From Chthoniobacterales bacterium (lineage in GTDB: Bacteria; Verrucomicrobiota; Verrucomicrobiia; Chthoniobacterales; UBA10450), in the NCBI GenBank assembly GCA_025929155.1, contig JAICMR010000002.1:3511-67510 (forward strand): 64,000 nt of DNA, written 5' to 3'. Shown here in pieces: positions 27,795 through 36,742 of this stretch. Position numbers and translations under genes: made by a program. Position 1 is the first letter of the stretch. Each line of letters begins with the position of its first letter. Below the pieces are notes generated by a model. The model had not been told where the DNA came from. It worked only from the letters and a program-made list of their open reading frames with translations, and did not search any database.

Positions 27795-29084
27795 ATGACG
27801 AAATTTAGCTACGTCGCGCTCGACGCTCGCGGCCGGGAATCGACCGGGCTCCTCGAAGCCAACTCCAGCGACGACGCCATTGGCCAACTGCGGCAGGCCG
27901 GGTATTTCCCGACGAGCGTTTCGGAGGAAGGTCCAGACGGCGCGGCGAAAAAAAAAGCGCACAAGCCCGCAAGAGCCGCCATCCAAGCTGCGCCAGGACG
28001 GAAGCGCAAAGGCATCGTCATTTACCAACGCAAAACGGTCAAGGCCAGAACCCTGGTGGTTTTTACCCGGCAACTTGCGACGCTGATCGACGCCGGATTA
28101 CCACTGCTCCGCGGGCTGCACGTTCTCAGCAAACAGGAAAAAGATTCCGTCCTGAAAGCGACGATCGATCAACTGGCGGATGATGTGCAAAGTGGCAGCA
28201 CGTTCTCCGAAAGCCTCGCGCAGCATCCGCGCATCTTTAACCGACTCTTCGTCAATATGGTGAAAGCCGGCGAGCTCGGTGGCGTGCTCGAGCTCGTCCT
28301 CGGGCGGCTCGCGGATTTTCAGGAGAAAGCGCAGAAGATCAAAAACAAGGTCAAGGCAGCGATGATTTATCCGATCATCGTGCTCTGCCTCGCGATGAGC
28401 ATCATGGCATTCCTGCTCGTCTTTATCGTGCCGAAATTTGAGTCGATCTTCCACGACATGCTCGGTGATAAACCGCTCCCGGCGATCACACGATTCGTGG
28501 TGGGGGCAAGCCGGGCTTTCCAGGATCACTGGCTGATCTTGCTCGGCGGTGTGATCGCATTTCCAGCTGCCTATCGTTTCATCGTCAAAACCACGAAAGG
28601 CCGAAGCGCGATCGACCGAATGGCGTTACGCGCGCCGCTCGTCGGCGATCTCACACGCAAGAGCGCGATCTCGCGCTTCGCCCGCACGCTCGGGACGCTG
28701 GTGACGAGCGGCGTTCCGATCCTGCAGGCGCTCAACATCACGAAAGAGACCGCGGGCAACGTCGTCTTGGCCAATGCGATCACGCAGGTGCATGACGCAG
28801 TCAAAGAAGGTGAATCGATCGTGCAACCGCTTGAGGCGAGCCGCGCATTTCCACCGATGGTCATCAGCATGATCGACGTGGGTGAAGAGACCGGGCAGTT
28901 GCCGGAGATGCTCCTGAAAATCGCGGAGGTTTATGACGATGAAGTCGACAATGCGGTTGCGGCGCTGACCTCGATGCTGGAGCCGATTATGATTGTCTTC
29001 CTCGCGCTTGTCGTCGGCACGATCGTGATTGCGCTCTTCATGCCGTTGATCAGTATCATCGGCGGCCTGCAGGCGCAGAGTTAG
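27795..29084 (+). CDS. GspF/PilC-family inner-membrane platform protein
   Basis: 429-aa ORF with two T2SSF repeats (FTRQLATLIDAGLPLLRGL... and FARTLGTLVTSGVPILQAL...). Confidence 0.9.
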   Translation: MTKFSYVALDARGRESTGLLEANSSDDAIGQLRQAGYFPTSVSEEGPDGAAKKKAHKPARAAIQAAPGRKRKGIVIYQRKTVKARTLVVFTRQLATLIDAGLPLLRGLHVLSKQEKDSVLKATIDQLADDVQSGSTFSESLAQHPRIFNRLFVNMVKAGELGGVLELVLGRLADFQEKAQKIKNKVKAAMIYPIIVLCLAMSIMAFLLVFIVPKFESIFHDMLGDKPLPAITRFVVGASRAFQDHWLILLGGVIAFPAAYRFIVKTTKGRSAIDRMALRAPLVGDLTRKSAISRFARTLGTLVTSGVPILQALNITKETAGNVVLANAITQVHDAVKEGESIVQPLEASRAFPPMVISMIDVGEETGQLPEMLLKIAEVYDDEVDNAVAALTSMLEPIMIVFLALVVGTIVIALFMPLISIIGGLQAQS

Positions 29085-29092
29085 CCTAACGA

Positions 29093-29674
29093 ATGCGAAC
29101 AAGGTGCAGCGCCGGTCGTGTCGGCCGCAAAGAGCACTCGAAACCGGCCGACACCTCCACCCCTACAGCGGCCTTCACCATGGTGGAAGTGCTCGTGGTA
29201 ATGGCAATCATCCTGGTGCTCGCGGGGTTAGTGCTCGGCACGAGCAGCTACGTCCACAACAGAGGCGCGCGCTCGCGAGCCGAAGCAGAGATCGCCGCGA
29301 TCTCCGCGGCGCTGGAAAATTATAAGGCGGATAATGGAGTCTATCCTTCGAGCGCGCTTGATCCGGCGATTGCCGATCCGGCCGACTATCGCGCGGCGAG
29401 CACTCTGTTATATGAGACTTTGTCCGGCGACTCCGACGGCGATGGACAGGCGAACACGGATGTTCCTTTCTACCTGACCTTCAGGCCGAATCAGTTGGGA
29501 ACGGAGGCCTCGAAATACTTCGTGAAAGATCCGTTTGGCAATTCCTACGGCTATTCGACGGCCAAGGCCGACAATCCCGCCGGATCGGTCGGCTACAACC
29601 CAACCTTCGATCTTTGGAGCACAGCCGGCTTCACCGATTCCAAGGGGAAGTCCGGCTGGATCAAAAACTGGTAG
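29093..29674 (+). CDS. Prepilin-type N-terminal cleavage/methylation-domain protein (pseudopilin/pilin)
   Basis: AA|FTMVEVLVVMAIILVLAGL has the F(+1)...E(+5) hydrophobic class III signal. The leader is unusually long (about 28 aa if the ATG at 29093 is used), with Ala rather than Gly at -1. Confidence 0.75.
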   Translation: MRTRCSAGRVGRKEHSKPADTSTPTAAFTMVEVLVVMAIILVLAGLVLGTSSYVHNRGARSRAEAEIAAISAALENYKADNGVYPSSALDPAIADPADYRAASTLLYETLSGDSDGDGQANTDVPFYLTFRPNQLGTEASKYFVKDPFGNSYGYSTAKADNPAGSVGYNPTFDLWSTAGFTDSKGKSGWIKNW

Positions 29675-29712
29675 CGCGCCACCCGCTGGCCTTCGCTAAT
29701 AATCGCGCGCCG

Positions 29713-30747
29713 TTAATGCACCACCACGACAACGCGCCGATTCACTTCCTGTTCCTCGATCGACGCTTCGGGTGACGTCAGCAGGTTGGCTTTCCCGTAA
29801 CCACGGGTCGTGATTTGCCGCGGATTGATCCCGAGCGCCTGCACCAGATAACTCTTCACCGCCTCGGCGCGGCGCCGGCTCAGATCGAGATTATATTCGT
29901 CGGACCCGAACGAATCCGTATAGCCCTCGAGCGTAAAGGTCGCCCCCGGGTTGCGCCTGATCAGCGTCGCCACCTTTTGCAACTGCTCAACCGCGCCGCC
30001 GCCCAGCTCCGCGCTGTCGTAAGCGAAAAGCTGATTGTTAGGCATCTGGAATTTCGTGCCAGACCCGAGCGGTCCCTTTTGCGAAAGGAGCGACTCCAGG
30101 TCACTGAAACCGGGCGCGTGATCGGTCCGCGGACCCGCGCTATCGCCGAGGTTTTCGTTGAAAGCACCCGGGCGTTTAATCGTGGTGCTCGTGGCCAGTT
30201 CGGTTCCGTTCAGCGCGGGCTGAGGCCGTCCGGAATCCGCAACATTATTCAACAACGCCTGCTCGCGCTTCGCATTTGGGCTTTTGCTTAGGCTCTGCGC
30301 CGTCGTCTTCTCGATTTCGTTGATGACCGAGTTCAGGTTCGTCTGCTCGACCTTCGGTTTATCCGGAAGCACGTCGCGAGTGTCATCCGGGAGAGCCGCG
30401 GTTGAGTGCACTTCCTGGAGCAACTTGTCGAATGACTTTTGGTCTTCAGGCAATTGCACATCTGTCTTATCCGGGTTCGGCTTGGCCGCTTCCGTCAGAC
30501 TCGCGGCGGCCGGTTGCTCGAGCGGCTTCGCCTCCGCATCGACGCTTTTCACCTTGAAAGCCGGTGGCTGGCTTCTTTCCGGGCCAAGCGGCGCAGTCGG
30601 TTGAAACCCAGTGCGATAAAAGAAGAAGCAGAGGAAGGCGTGCAGCGCGAGCGACGCGATTACGCCGATGAGCAGCCAGTTTCGCGGTTGGCTACGGCCG
30701 GACCAGACCGGTAACGGCGCTGAAGTGCGTGCAGTGGCCGCTCTCAT
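29713..30747 (-). CDS. OmpA/MotB-domain protein with N-terminal membrane anchor
   Basis: The C-terminus TLEGYTDSFGSDEYNLDLSRRRAEAVKSYLV...RRVVVVV is the OmpA_C peptidoglycan-binding pattern. One TM helix near the N-terminus. Confidence 0.8.
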   Translation of the reverse strand: MRAATARTSAPLPVWSGRSQPRNWLLIGVIASLALHAFLCFFFYRTGFQPTAPLGPERSQPPAFKVKSVDAEAKPLEQPAAASLTEAAKPNPDKTDVQLPEDQKSFDKLLQEVHSTAALPDDTRDVLPDKPKVEQTNLNSVINEIEKTTAQSLSKSPNAKREQALLNNVADSGRPQPALNGTELATSTTIKRPGAFNENLGDSAGPRTDHAPGFSDLESLLSQKGPLGSGTKFQMPNNQLFAYDSAELGGGAVEQLQKVATLIRRNPGATFTLEGYTDSFGSDEYNLDLSRRRAEAVKSYLVQALGINPRQITTRGYGKANLLTSPEASIEEQEVNRRVVVVVH

Positions 30748-30984
30748 TCAGGCTTAGACACACGGCACGGGAAAACGTTTGTCAAACTTCGTCCGGAAGC
30801 TGGGGAGTGCGCGCGCTGGCGTGCTCGTGGAGGCGCCTCTCCTTCACGAACTCTCCTTGCTGGCGGAAAGCAGATGTGATGGGTCGGCGTCACAATCCTG
30901 AAAAGAAAAGTAATTGGCGGGCCGCCAAAACCAGCACACGAGGCGCGGGCGCTCCCTGAAGCCATCGCGGAGCAGCGTCGGCGG

Positions 30985-31734
30985 TCACCGGCTGCGCGTG
31001 CGCTCGGTAAAAATCCTCGCCGCGCGCCGAATATCCTCCGCCACATGCACGGCTGGCGAAACAAATTTTGGCGTAAACCACGGATACAAACCGATCAGGT
31101 CATGTGTCACGAGGATCTGTCCGTCACAATCATTTCCCGAACCGATTCCGATCGTGGGAATCGGGAGCCGCGCTGTGATCTGCCGCGCCGCTTCCGGCGC
31201 GACGATCTCGAGCACCACGGAAAATGCACCCGCTTTTTCAACCGCTTGCGCATCGGCCACGAGGCGTTCCGCTTCGGCCGCGCTCCGGCCTTTTACTTTG
31301 TAGCCGCCTTCTTCCCGCACGCTCTGCGGCAACATGCCGATGTGCGCCATCAAGGGAATGCCGGCCCTAACGATCGCTTCGATCTGCCCCACATGGCTTG
31401 CGCCCCCTTCCAATTTCACCGCCGCCGCTCCCGCCTCGACCAGCCGGCCGGCGTTCGCCACCGCCATCTCCGGCGTGTCGTAGGTGCCGATGGAAAGATC
31501 CGCCACGAGGAGCGCGCGCTTCACTCCGCGCGCCGCGGCCCGGGTGTGATGCAGCATTTCCTCGAAAGACACCAGAGTCGTGTCCGGGTAGCCGAGCACG
31601 ACCATGCCTAGGGAATCACCAACGAGGATGATGTCGATCCCGCTTTCATCGAGGAGTCGGGCAGTTGGATAATCGTAAGCCGTGAGCGCGGTGATTCGTT
31701 CGCCCCGGCGTTTGCGCGCGCGAAAATCTTCCAT
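30985..31734 (-). CDS. panB: 3-methyl-2-oxobutanoate hydroxymethyltransferase
   Basis: ITALTAYDYPTARLLDESGIDIILVGDSLGMVVLG...VKLEGG... ATG at 31734 preferred over the GTG at 31752. Confidence 0.9.
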   Translation of the reverse strand: MEDFRARKRRGERITALTAYDYPTARLLDESGIDIILVGDSLGMVVLGYPDTTLVSFEEMLHHTRAAARGVKRALLVADLSIGTYDTPEMAVANAGRLVEAGAAAVKLEGGASHVGQIEAIVRAGIPLMAHIGMLPQSVREEGGYKVKGRSAAEAERLVADAQAVEKAGAFSVVLEIVAPEAARQITARLPIPTIGIGSGNDCDGQILVTHDLIGLYPWFTPKFVSPAVHVAEDIRRAARIFTERTRSR

Positions 31735-31745
31735 GGCGCGCGAGC

Positions 31746-32246
31746 CTACCACTGCACGGGAAGGCGCACCACCGTCGGCGTGAGCGGGAGCTTTTTCGCC
31801 AGTTGCCGGATCGGTTCCGACTCGTCAGGCAAAATCAGGTCCGGTCGGATTTCCGCCAGCGGCTGGAGAACGAAAGCGCGCGAGGCGAGGCGCGGATGGG
31901 GCAGCATCAGGCCGGGCAGATCGAGTGCTTCGTGGCCGAGATAAAGCAGGTCCAGATCGATCGTGCGGGAACGATTGCGCTCGTGTCCGGCGGGCCGGCC
32001 CAGCGCGTGCTCGATTCTTTGCAGCGCGTGCAAAAGATCGGTCGCCGCTCCCGCAAAGCCAACTTCGATCACGGCATTGAGGAACGCCGCCGCGTTCGCC
32101 TCGCAGTCGACCGGTTCGGTTTCATAGAGTGACGAAGAGAGGAATGGCGCCCGCACGCCCGGCAGCGCAATAATTTCCATGCGCGCAGTCGTTAGGCTGG
32201 CGTGGCGATCACCGAGATTCGCCCCGAGGGCAATGCCAGCTCTCAT
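31746..32246 (-). CDS. folK: 2-amino-4-hydroxy-6-hydroxymethyldihydropteridine pyrophosphokinase
   Basis: IALGANLGD...SSLYETEPV...RTIDLDLL...LPHPR: HPPK motifs. Confidence 0.85.
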   Translation of the reverse strand: MRAGIALGANLGDRHASLTTARMEIIALPGVRAPFLSSSLYETEPVDCEANAAAFLNAVIEVGFAGAATDLLHALQRIEHALGRPAGHERNRSRTIDLDLLYLGHEALDLPGLMLPHPRLASRAFVLQPLAEIRPDLILPDESEPIRQLAKKLPLTPTVVRLPVQW

Positions 32247-32259
32247 CGTCGGACGCGTT

Positions 32260-32431
32260 CCTGGCGGGGGAAGTCGAAACTACGGGGAGGAGGGAGTGTC
32301 ACCCCGGCGGCGGGAGGTGTCACCTCCCGCCAGGTCGAAGTAACTTGTAAAGTGGTGGGCAGTGTCGCCGTGAGCTCCAGCTTGCACAGTTGCAGCCGCC
32401 GATTATTGGCCTTGGGCGAGACTCGCCCAAG
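32260..32431. repeat. Structured spacer between dapB and folK: nested or competing inverted repeats plus a 21-nt perfect palindrome
   Basis: CCTGGCGGG (32260-32268) pairs with CCCGCCAGG (32326-34). GGGAGGTG-T-CACCTCCC (32312-32328) shares CCC 32326-28 with the outer helix. CTTGGGCGAG-A-CTCGCCCAAG lies at 32411-32431. Confidence 0.5.
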
Positions 32432-32480
32432 TGCGACCGGCTGACAGCTCGTCCTCCCCGGATCTGAAATCGCCGCGTCG

Positions 32481-33161
32481 CTACAACCCAAGAACATCTT
32501 CCATGTTGTAAAGGCCGGGAGGTTTCCCCACCACCCAGCGCGCAGCGCGCAACGCGCCGCGCGCAAAAGTCTCGCGGCTCGACGCGCGATGCGTCAGCTC
32601 CAGGCGCTCTCCGCGGCCGGCGAAGATTACCTTGTGATCACCCACGATATCTCCGGCACGAATTGAATGAACCGGCACGCTGGCGCTGCGGGTTTCTTCC
32701 AGAATCTCGGCAAGCCTTTTCCCGGTCCCGCTCGGCGCGTCTTTCTTCGTCCGGTGATGCGCCTCGACAATCTCCACATCGAATTTCTCGCCTAACAATG
32801 ACGCAGTTCTGCGCGCGAGCGCGAAGAGCACGTTCACGCCGAGACTGAAATTCGCCGCGAAAACAATGGGTATTTTCTCGGCTACGGCGCGCACAAGGTC
32901 GTTCTGCGCGGCCGTGTGTCCGGTCGTGCCGAGAACCAGGGGCCAGTCGCGCGCCGCGCAGGTTCGGCAGACCGCTTCAGTTGCGTCTGCCGTGCTGAAG
33001 TCGATCACGACGTTGCAACTCTCTGCTAGCGTCCCGAGGCTGCCGCCGCGCTCTGCCCGTGCAGCGATCGTTAGGCCAACTTCACTTTCCGCCGCGGCGC
33101 TGATCGCTTTGCCCATCCGCCCGCCGGCGCCGACCAGCAGCACGCGCACGGGCTCGTTCAT
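32481..33161 (-). CDS. dapB: 4-hydroxy-tetrahydrodipicolinate reductase
   Basis: Start re-set to the ATG at 33161 (MNEPVRVLLVGAGGRMGK), in ATGA overlap with the dapA stop. EAHHRTKKDAPSGTG motif. Confidence 0.9.
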   Translation of the reverse strand: MNEPVRVLLVGAGGRMGKAISAAAESEVGLTIAARAERGGSLGTLAESCNVVIDFSTADATEAVCRTCAARDWPLVLGTTGHTAAQNDLVRAVAEKIPIVFAANFSLGVNVLFALARRTASLLGEKFDVEIVEAHHRTKKDAPSGTGKRLAEILEETRSASVPVHSIRAGDIVGDHKVIFAGRGERLELTHRASSRETFARGALRAARWVVGKPPGLYNMEDVLGL

Positions 33162-34036
33162 CGGCTTTGCTCCAGCGCGTCGATCGTTTGGCGGAGGCGC
33201 GCTTCCGTGGCCGCGCCCATTTTCACCAGAGGCAGACGGCATTCCGCGCTGATCGCACCCCGCCATTCCAAGGCCGTCTTCGCCGGGACAGGATTTGGCT
33301 CGATGAAAAGATCCCGGAAGAGCGGCAGGAACTTCCGGTGCAGCCTTTGTGCTTCCGCCAGATCGCCCTCGAGAAAGGCCCTAACGAGTCGCGAAACTTC
33401 GGCCGGATAAAGATTCGACGCCACGCTCACCACACCAACCGCGCCGACCACCAGAAATGGCAGCGTGAGCGAATCGTCGCCGCTTAAAACCGTGAAACCC
33501 TCCGGCAGGCGCGCAACGAGTTCACTAACACGATCGACGCTCCCGCTTGCTTCCTTGATTGCCACGATGTTTCCGCAGGCGTCGGCCAGCCTAACGACCG
33601 TCTCGGCTGCGATATCGACGGCACAACGACCGGGAATGTTGTAGAGCATGATCGGCAACTTCGTCGCCGCCGCGATCGCTTTGAAATGCTGGAACAGACC
33701 TTCCTGACTCGGCTTGTTGTAATAAGGAGCGACGAGCAGTGCGCCATCCGCCCCGAGTGCTTCAGCTTGCTGCGTGTGCGCGATGGCGTCACGCGTGGAG
33801 TTCGAGCCAGTGCCCACGATCACCTGGCAACGACCCAAGGCAGCCTTTACGGACAACTCGATTAACTGCCCTCGTTCCTCGTGCGAAATCGTCGGTGATT
33901 CACCGGTCGTCCCAAGCGGCACGATCCCGCTCACGCCGCCGGCGATCTGCGTTTCGATGAGTTTTTCAAACGCTTCGACGTCCAGCGCGTCGTTGCGAAA
34001 GGGCGTGACCAGCGCTGTGTAAGTTCCGCGAAACAT
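33158..34036 (-). CDS. dapA: 4-hydroxy-tetrahydrodipicolinate synthase
   Basis: GTYTALVTPF...GVSGIVPLGTTGESPT...VIVGTGSNST...YYNKP...AIKEASG (active-site Lys). Confidence 0.9.
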   Translation of the reverse strand: MFRGTYTALVTPFRNDALDVEAFEKLIETQIAGGVSGIVPLGTTGESPTISHEERGQLIELSVKAALGRCQVIVGTGSNSTRDAIAHTQQAEALGADGALLVAPYYNKPSQEGLFQHFKAIAAATKLPIMLYNIPGRCAVDIAAETVVRLADACGNIVAIKEASGSVDRVSELVARLPEGFTVLSGDDSLTLPFLVVGAVGVVSVASNLYPAEVSRLVRAFLEGDLAEAQRLHRKFLPLFRDLFIEPNPVPAKTALEWRGAISAECRLPLVKMGAATEARLRQTIDALEQSR

Positions 34037-34046
34037 AACCTAACGA

Positions 34047-34174
34047 GTTATCCCGAGCGCAGTCGAAGGTTCCCCTGGAGTTGCCGTGAAGCGAATGCCC
34101 GAGATTCCCGGAGGCGCGACTTGCCGGCGGCCAGTCGGGATTCCTCGACTCCGTTGCGCTTCGCTCGGGATAAC
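34047..34174. repeat. Palindromic intergenic element, 128 bp, with perfect 13-bp terminal inverted repeats GTTATCCCGAGCG / CGCTCGGGATAAC
   Basis: Both termini read directly from the sequence. It fills almost the whole dapF-dapA spacer. The antisense translation gives the STPLRFARD string typical of this element. Confidence 0.8.
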
Positions 34175-34179
34175 GCGCA

Positions 34180-35001
34180 TCACAACTCGATCACTCCGTC
34201 GAACACAAAATCGGCCGGACCGGTCAGCGTGACGTTGCGGAAGCGCTCGTCTTCGCGCACGAATCCGACCTGTAAGACTTCGCCGCCCCGCACCCGCACG
34301 TCGATCGGACCGGCGAGATCTTCTCTTCCCGCGAAGAGAAGCGCGCTCGCGACGACGCCGGTGCCGCAGGCGAGCGTTTCATCTTCAACCCCGCGTTCGT
34401 AGGTGCGAATGGCGATGCTGCGCGGCCCACGCCGCTCGAGAAAATTGGCGTTCGCGCCGCGCGGCTGGAAAAGCGTGTGATGCCGAAGAGCTGCGCCTAA
34501 CGAATCCAGATCGATCTCGTCGATGCTCGCCACCGGCACGACCACGTGCGGGACGCCGCTGTCGACGTAGCCGGCGTGGATCACTTCTCCGTCGATCGGC
34601 ACTTCGACCTCGAGCCGGAGATCCTGCGGATCGCTCATTTGCAGGGTCACGAGGTCGGCGTGCAATTCCGCGCCGATCACGCCCGCCGGGGTTTCAAAAG
34701 TCATTTTTTTGAGTGGGCCGGCGGTTCGATCGGCGAAACGGGCAAAGCAGCGCGCGCCGTTGCCGCACATCTCCGCCTCGCCGCCGTCAGCGTTGTGGTA
34801 GCGCATCCGGAAGTCGGCGCCGTCCCTTGCGGACTCCAGAATCAGAACGCCATCCGCGCCGACCCCGCGATGCCGATCACAAAGCCGGGCAATCTGTGCT
34901 TTCGTTAGGATCAGGTCGCCGGCGCGATTATCGAGCAGGAGAAAATCGTTGCCGGCGCCGTTCATTTTGGTGAAACGCAGCATGCGCTTGGTCGGTAACA
35001 T
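34180..35001 (-). CDS. dapF: Diaminopimelate epimerase
   Basis: FTKMNGAGNDFLLLD...MCGNGARCF...LACGTG (the two catalytic Cys). An alternative ATG at 34983 is equally possible. Confidence 0.9.
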   Translation of the reverse strand: MLPTKRMLRFTKMNGAGNDFLLLDNRAGDLILTKAQIARLCDRHRGVGADGVLILESARDGADFRMRYHNADGGEAEMCGNGARCFARFADRTAGPLKKMTFETPAGVIGAELHADLVTLQMSDPQDLRLEVEVPIDGEVIHAGYVDSGVPHVVVPVASIDEIDLDSLGAALRHHTLFQPRGANANFLERRGPRSIAIRTYERGVEDETLACGTGVVASALLFAGREDLAGPIDVRVRGGEVLQVGFVREDERFRNVTLTGPADFVFDGVIEL

Positions 35002-35051
35002 ATTCTCGCGCGAAACGCCAACTTGGAGGCTCCAGACCCGCCCCGCCAGTT

Positions 35052-35156
35052 GTCATCCTGAGTCGCGCAGGCTGAGGGATGTCAGAATGGTTAGGCAAAA
35101 CGGCCTCGTGCGACGCTCGCGGGATCCCTCCGCACACTTCGCCGGCTCGGGATGAC
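35052..35156. repeat. Palindromic intergenic element, 105 bp, termini GTCATCCTGAG / CTCGGGATGAC
   Basis: Terminal inverted repeats match at 10 of 11 positions. The inner part GGGATCCCTCCGCACACTTCGCCGGCTCGGGATGAC belongs to the family. Lies in the divergent spacer upstream of dapF. Confidence 0.75.
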
Positions 35157-35214
35157 AACCGGTGCGCATGTTCGTTTTTCCATCCGTCATTTGCCGCGGC
35201 GGTTATTTCTTTTA

Positions 35215-35979
35215 ATGAACTGCGTGCGTTCTCTGCTCTTCATCGCGTCGCTGGTTCTGTGCACCGCCGCCCAGGCCCAGCTCGCCCCGAGCCCGATCAA
35301 CGAAGTCATCCTCGCGCAGATCAAAACCATGCCGACCGGCGGCAAATACTCCGCCTCGCGGGCGGCGACCATTCGCCTGCAATCCGCGGCGCATTTCGAA
35401 TCGGGGAAATTTTTCATTCTGCCGGATTCGGCCTCGCCGAGCTACTGCTCGGGCGCGACTTATCTCGTCTTCATGAAAACGATCGAGGCGCTGCGCGATC
35501 GCGGCGATTTGAAGCTCGATTACGAAACGCTCGACGCCCTGATGATCCGCGGCCAACATGACGGGGAAGGAATTTGGGGACGCTGGAACGCGAATGGTCC
35601 GGGCACCGCCCGACTTTTCTCCGAGCTCGGGATTGGGCGGAACTTCGATGACTTCGAGGAGGCGCAACCGGGTGATTTCATGAAGATCTTTTGGTCTCCG
35701 GAAGTCGGACGTGAAGAGCACGGCCACTCCGTGATTTTCCTCGGAATGGAAAAGAAAATGGGCCTCGACTACGTGCGTTATTGGTCGAGCAACATTCCGT
35801 TCGGCTACGGGGAAAAAAGTGTGCCGCGAACGAAGATCGTGCACGCGATTTTCTCACGGCTTTACGCGCCGGCGCAGTTGAGCAGAATCGCGGAAGTGCC
35901 GCGGATCGACGGCTATCTTGCCAGTCTTCTTCGGGTGCGTTCGAGTTACGCCGAGGCCTGCGAAAAGTGCGGCTTCTGA
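35215..35979 (+). CDS. Secreted hypothetical protein with possible Cys/His (papain-fold amidase-like) pair
   Basis: Start re-set to the ATG at 35215 (MNCVRSLLFIASLVLCTAAQA, a signal peptide). SYCSGATYLVF and EEHGHSVIFLG could form a Cys-His catalytic pair, but the family assignment is not secure. Confidence 0.55.
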   Translation: MNCVRSLLFIASLVLCTAAQAQLAPSPINEVILAQIKTMPTGGKYSASRAATIRLQSAAHFESGKFFILPDSASPSYCSGATYLVFMKTIEALRDRGDLKLDYETLDALMIRGQHDGEGIWGRWNANGPGTARLFSELGIGRNFDDFEEAQPGDFMKIFWSPEVGREEHGHSVIFLGMEKKMGLDYVRYWSSNIPFGYGEKSVPRTKIVHAIFSRLYAPAQLSRIAEVPRIDGYLASLLRVRSSYAEACEKCGF

Positions 35980-35992
35980 TTTGCCCCTGACA

Positions 35993-36661
35993 ATGGCCGC
36001 GCTGTCGGGAGCGACGGTCGTGAAGGGCCTCATCCTCGGCTGGTCGGTCGCCTGGCCGCCCGGACCGATCAATGCCGAAATGATGCGGCGCGCGCTGCTC
36101 CCGCGGAAAGAGGGCGGCGGATTCTGGAGCGCCTGGCAGCTCGGTCTCGGCGCCTGCACCGGAGATTTTTGCTGGGCCTTGGGCGTTGCGACAGGAGCAG
36201 GCGCGTTCCTTTCTTCGCGGCGGATTCATCTGGCTCTGGGTGCAATCAGCTTTTCACTGCTGCTCCTTCTCGCGCTGACTTTTGCACGCGGCGCCTGGCG
36301 CGCCTGGCAAGCGCGGGAGGCGACGGGCGCCAGACCGGAGACGACGCTCGCCGCACGTTCGCTCGGCCGCGGCTATCTGCTGGGATTGGTTCTTGCCCTA
36401 ACGAGTCCTTGGAACATCGGCTTCTGGTTTGCGGTCGTTGGCGGTCAAAGCGTGGCCCACGGAGAGGGGAATCTTTCCAACTCACTGACGCTCGCGGCTT
36501 CGGTCGTGGCCGGCGCGATTACCTGGACAATCACGTTTTGTGTTGCCTTGAAACTCGGCGCCCGCCTTTTTGCCCGTCGCTCCTGGCAGATCGCCACGCA
36601 GGCGTTGACCGCGCTGGTGATGCTGTTCTTTGCGGCGCGTCTGGTCGCGACGTTGCTTTAA
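35993..36661 (+). CDS. LysE/RhtB-family amino-acid exporter
   Basis: Start re-set to the ATG at 35993. GLILGWSVAWPPGPINAEMMRR and about 6 TM segments are typical of LysE-type translocators. Confidence 0.75.
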   Translation: MAALSGATVVKGLILGWSVAWPPGPINAEMMRRALLPRKEGGGFWSAWQLGLGACTGDFCWALGVATGAGAFLSSRRIHLALGAISFSLLLLLALTFARGAWRAWQAREATGARPETTLAARSLGRGYLLGLVLALTSPWNIGFWFAVVGGQSVAHGEGNLSNSLTLAASVVAGAITWTITFCVALKLGARLFARRSWQIATQALTALVMLFFAARLVATLL

Positions 36662-36742
36662 GGCGGCTTTCGTGCCGACGACGACTTATGGACTTGTCCG
36701 AGTTAGATTGATCGCGGGACGAAGAGACTAAATTCCAACGAC

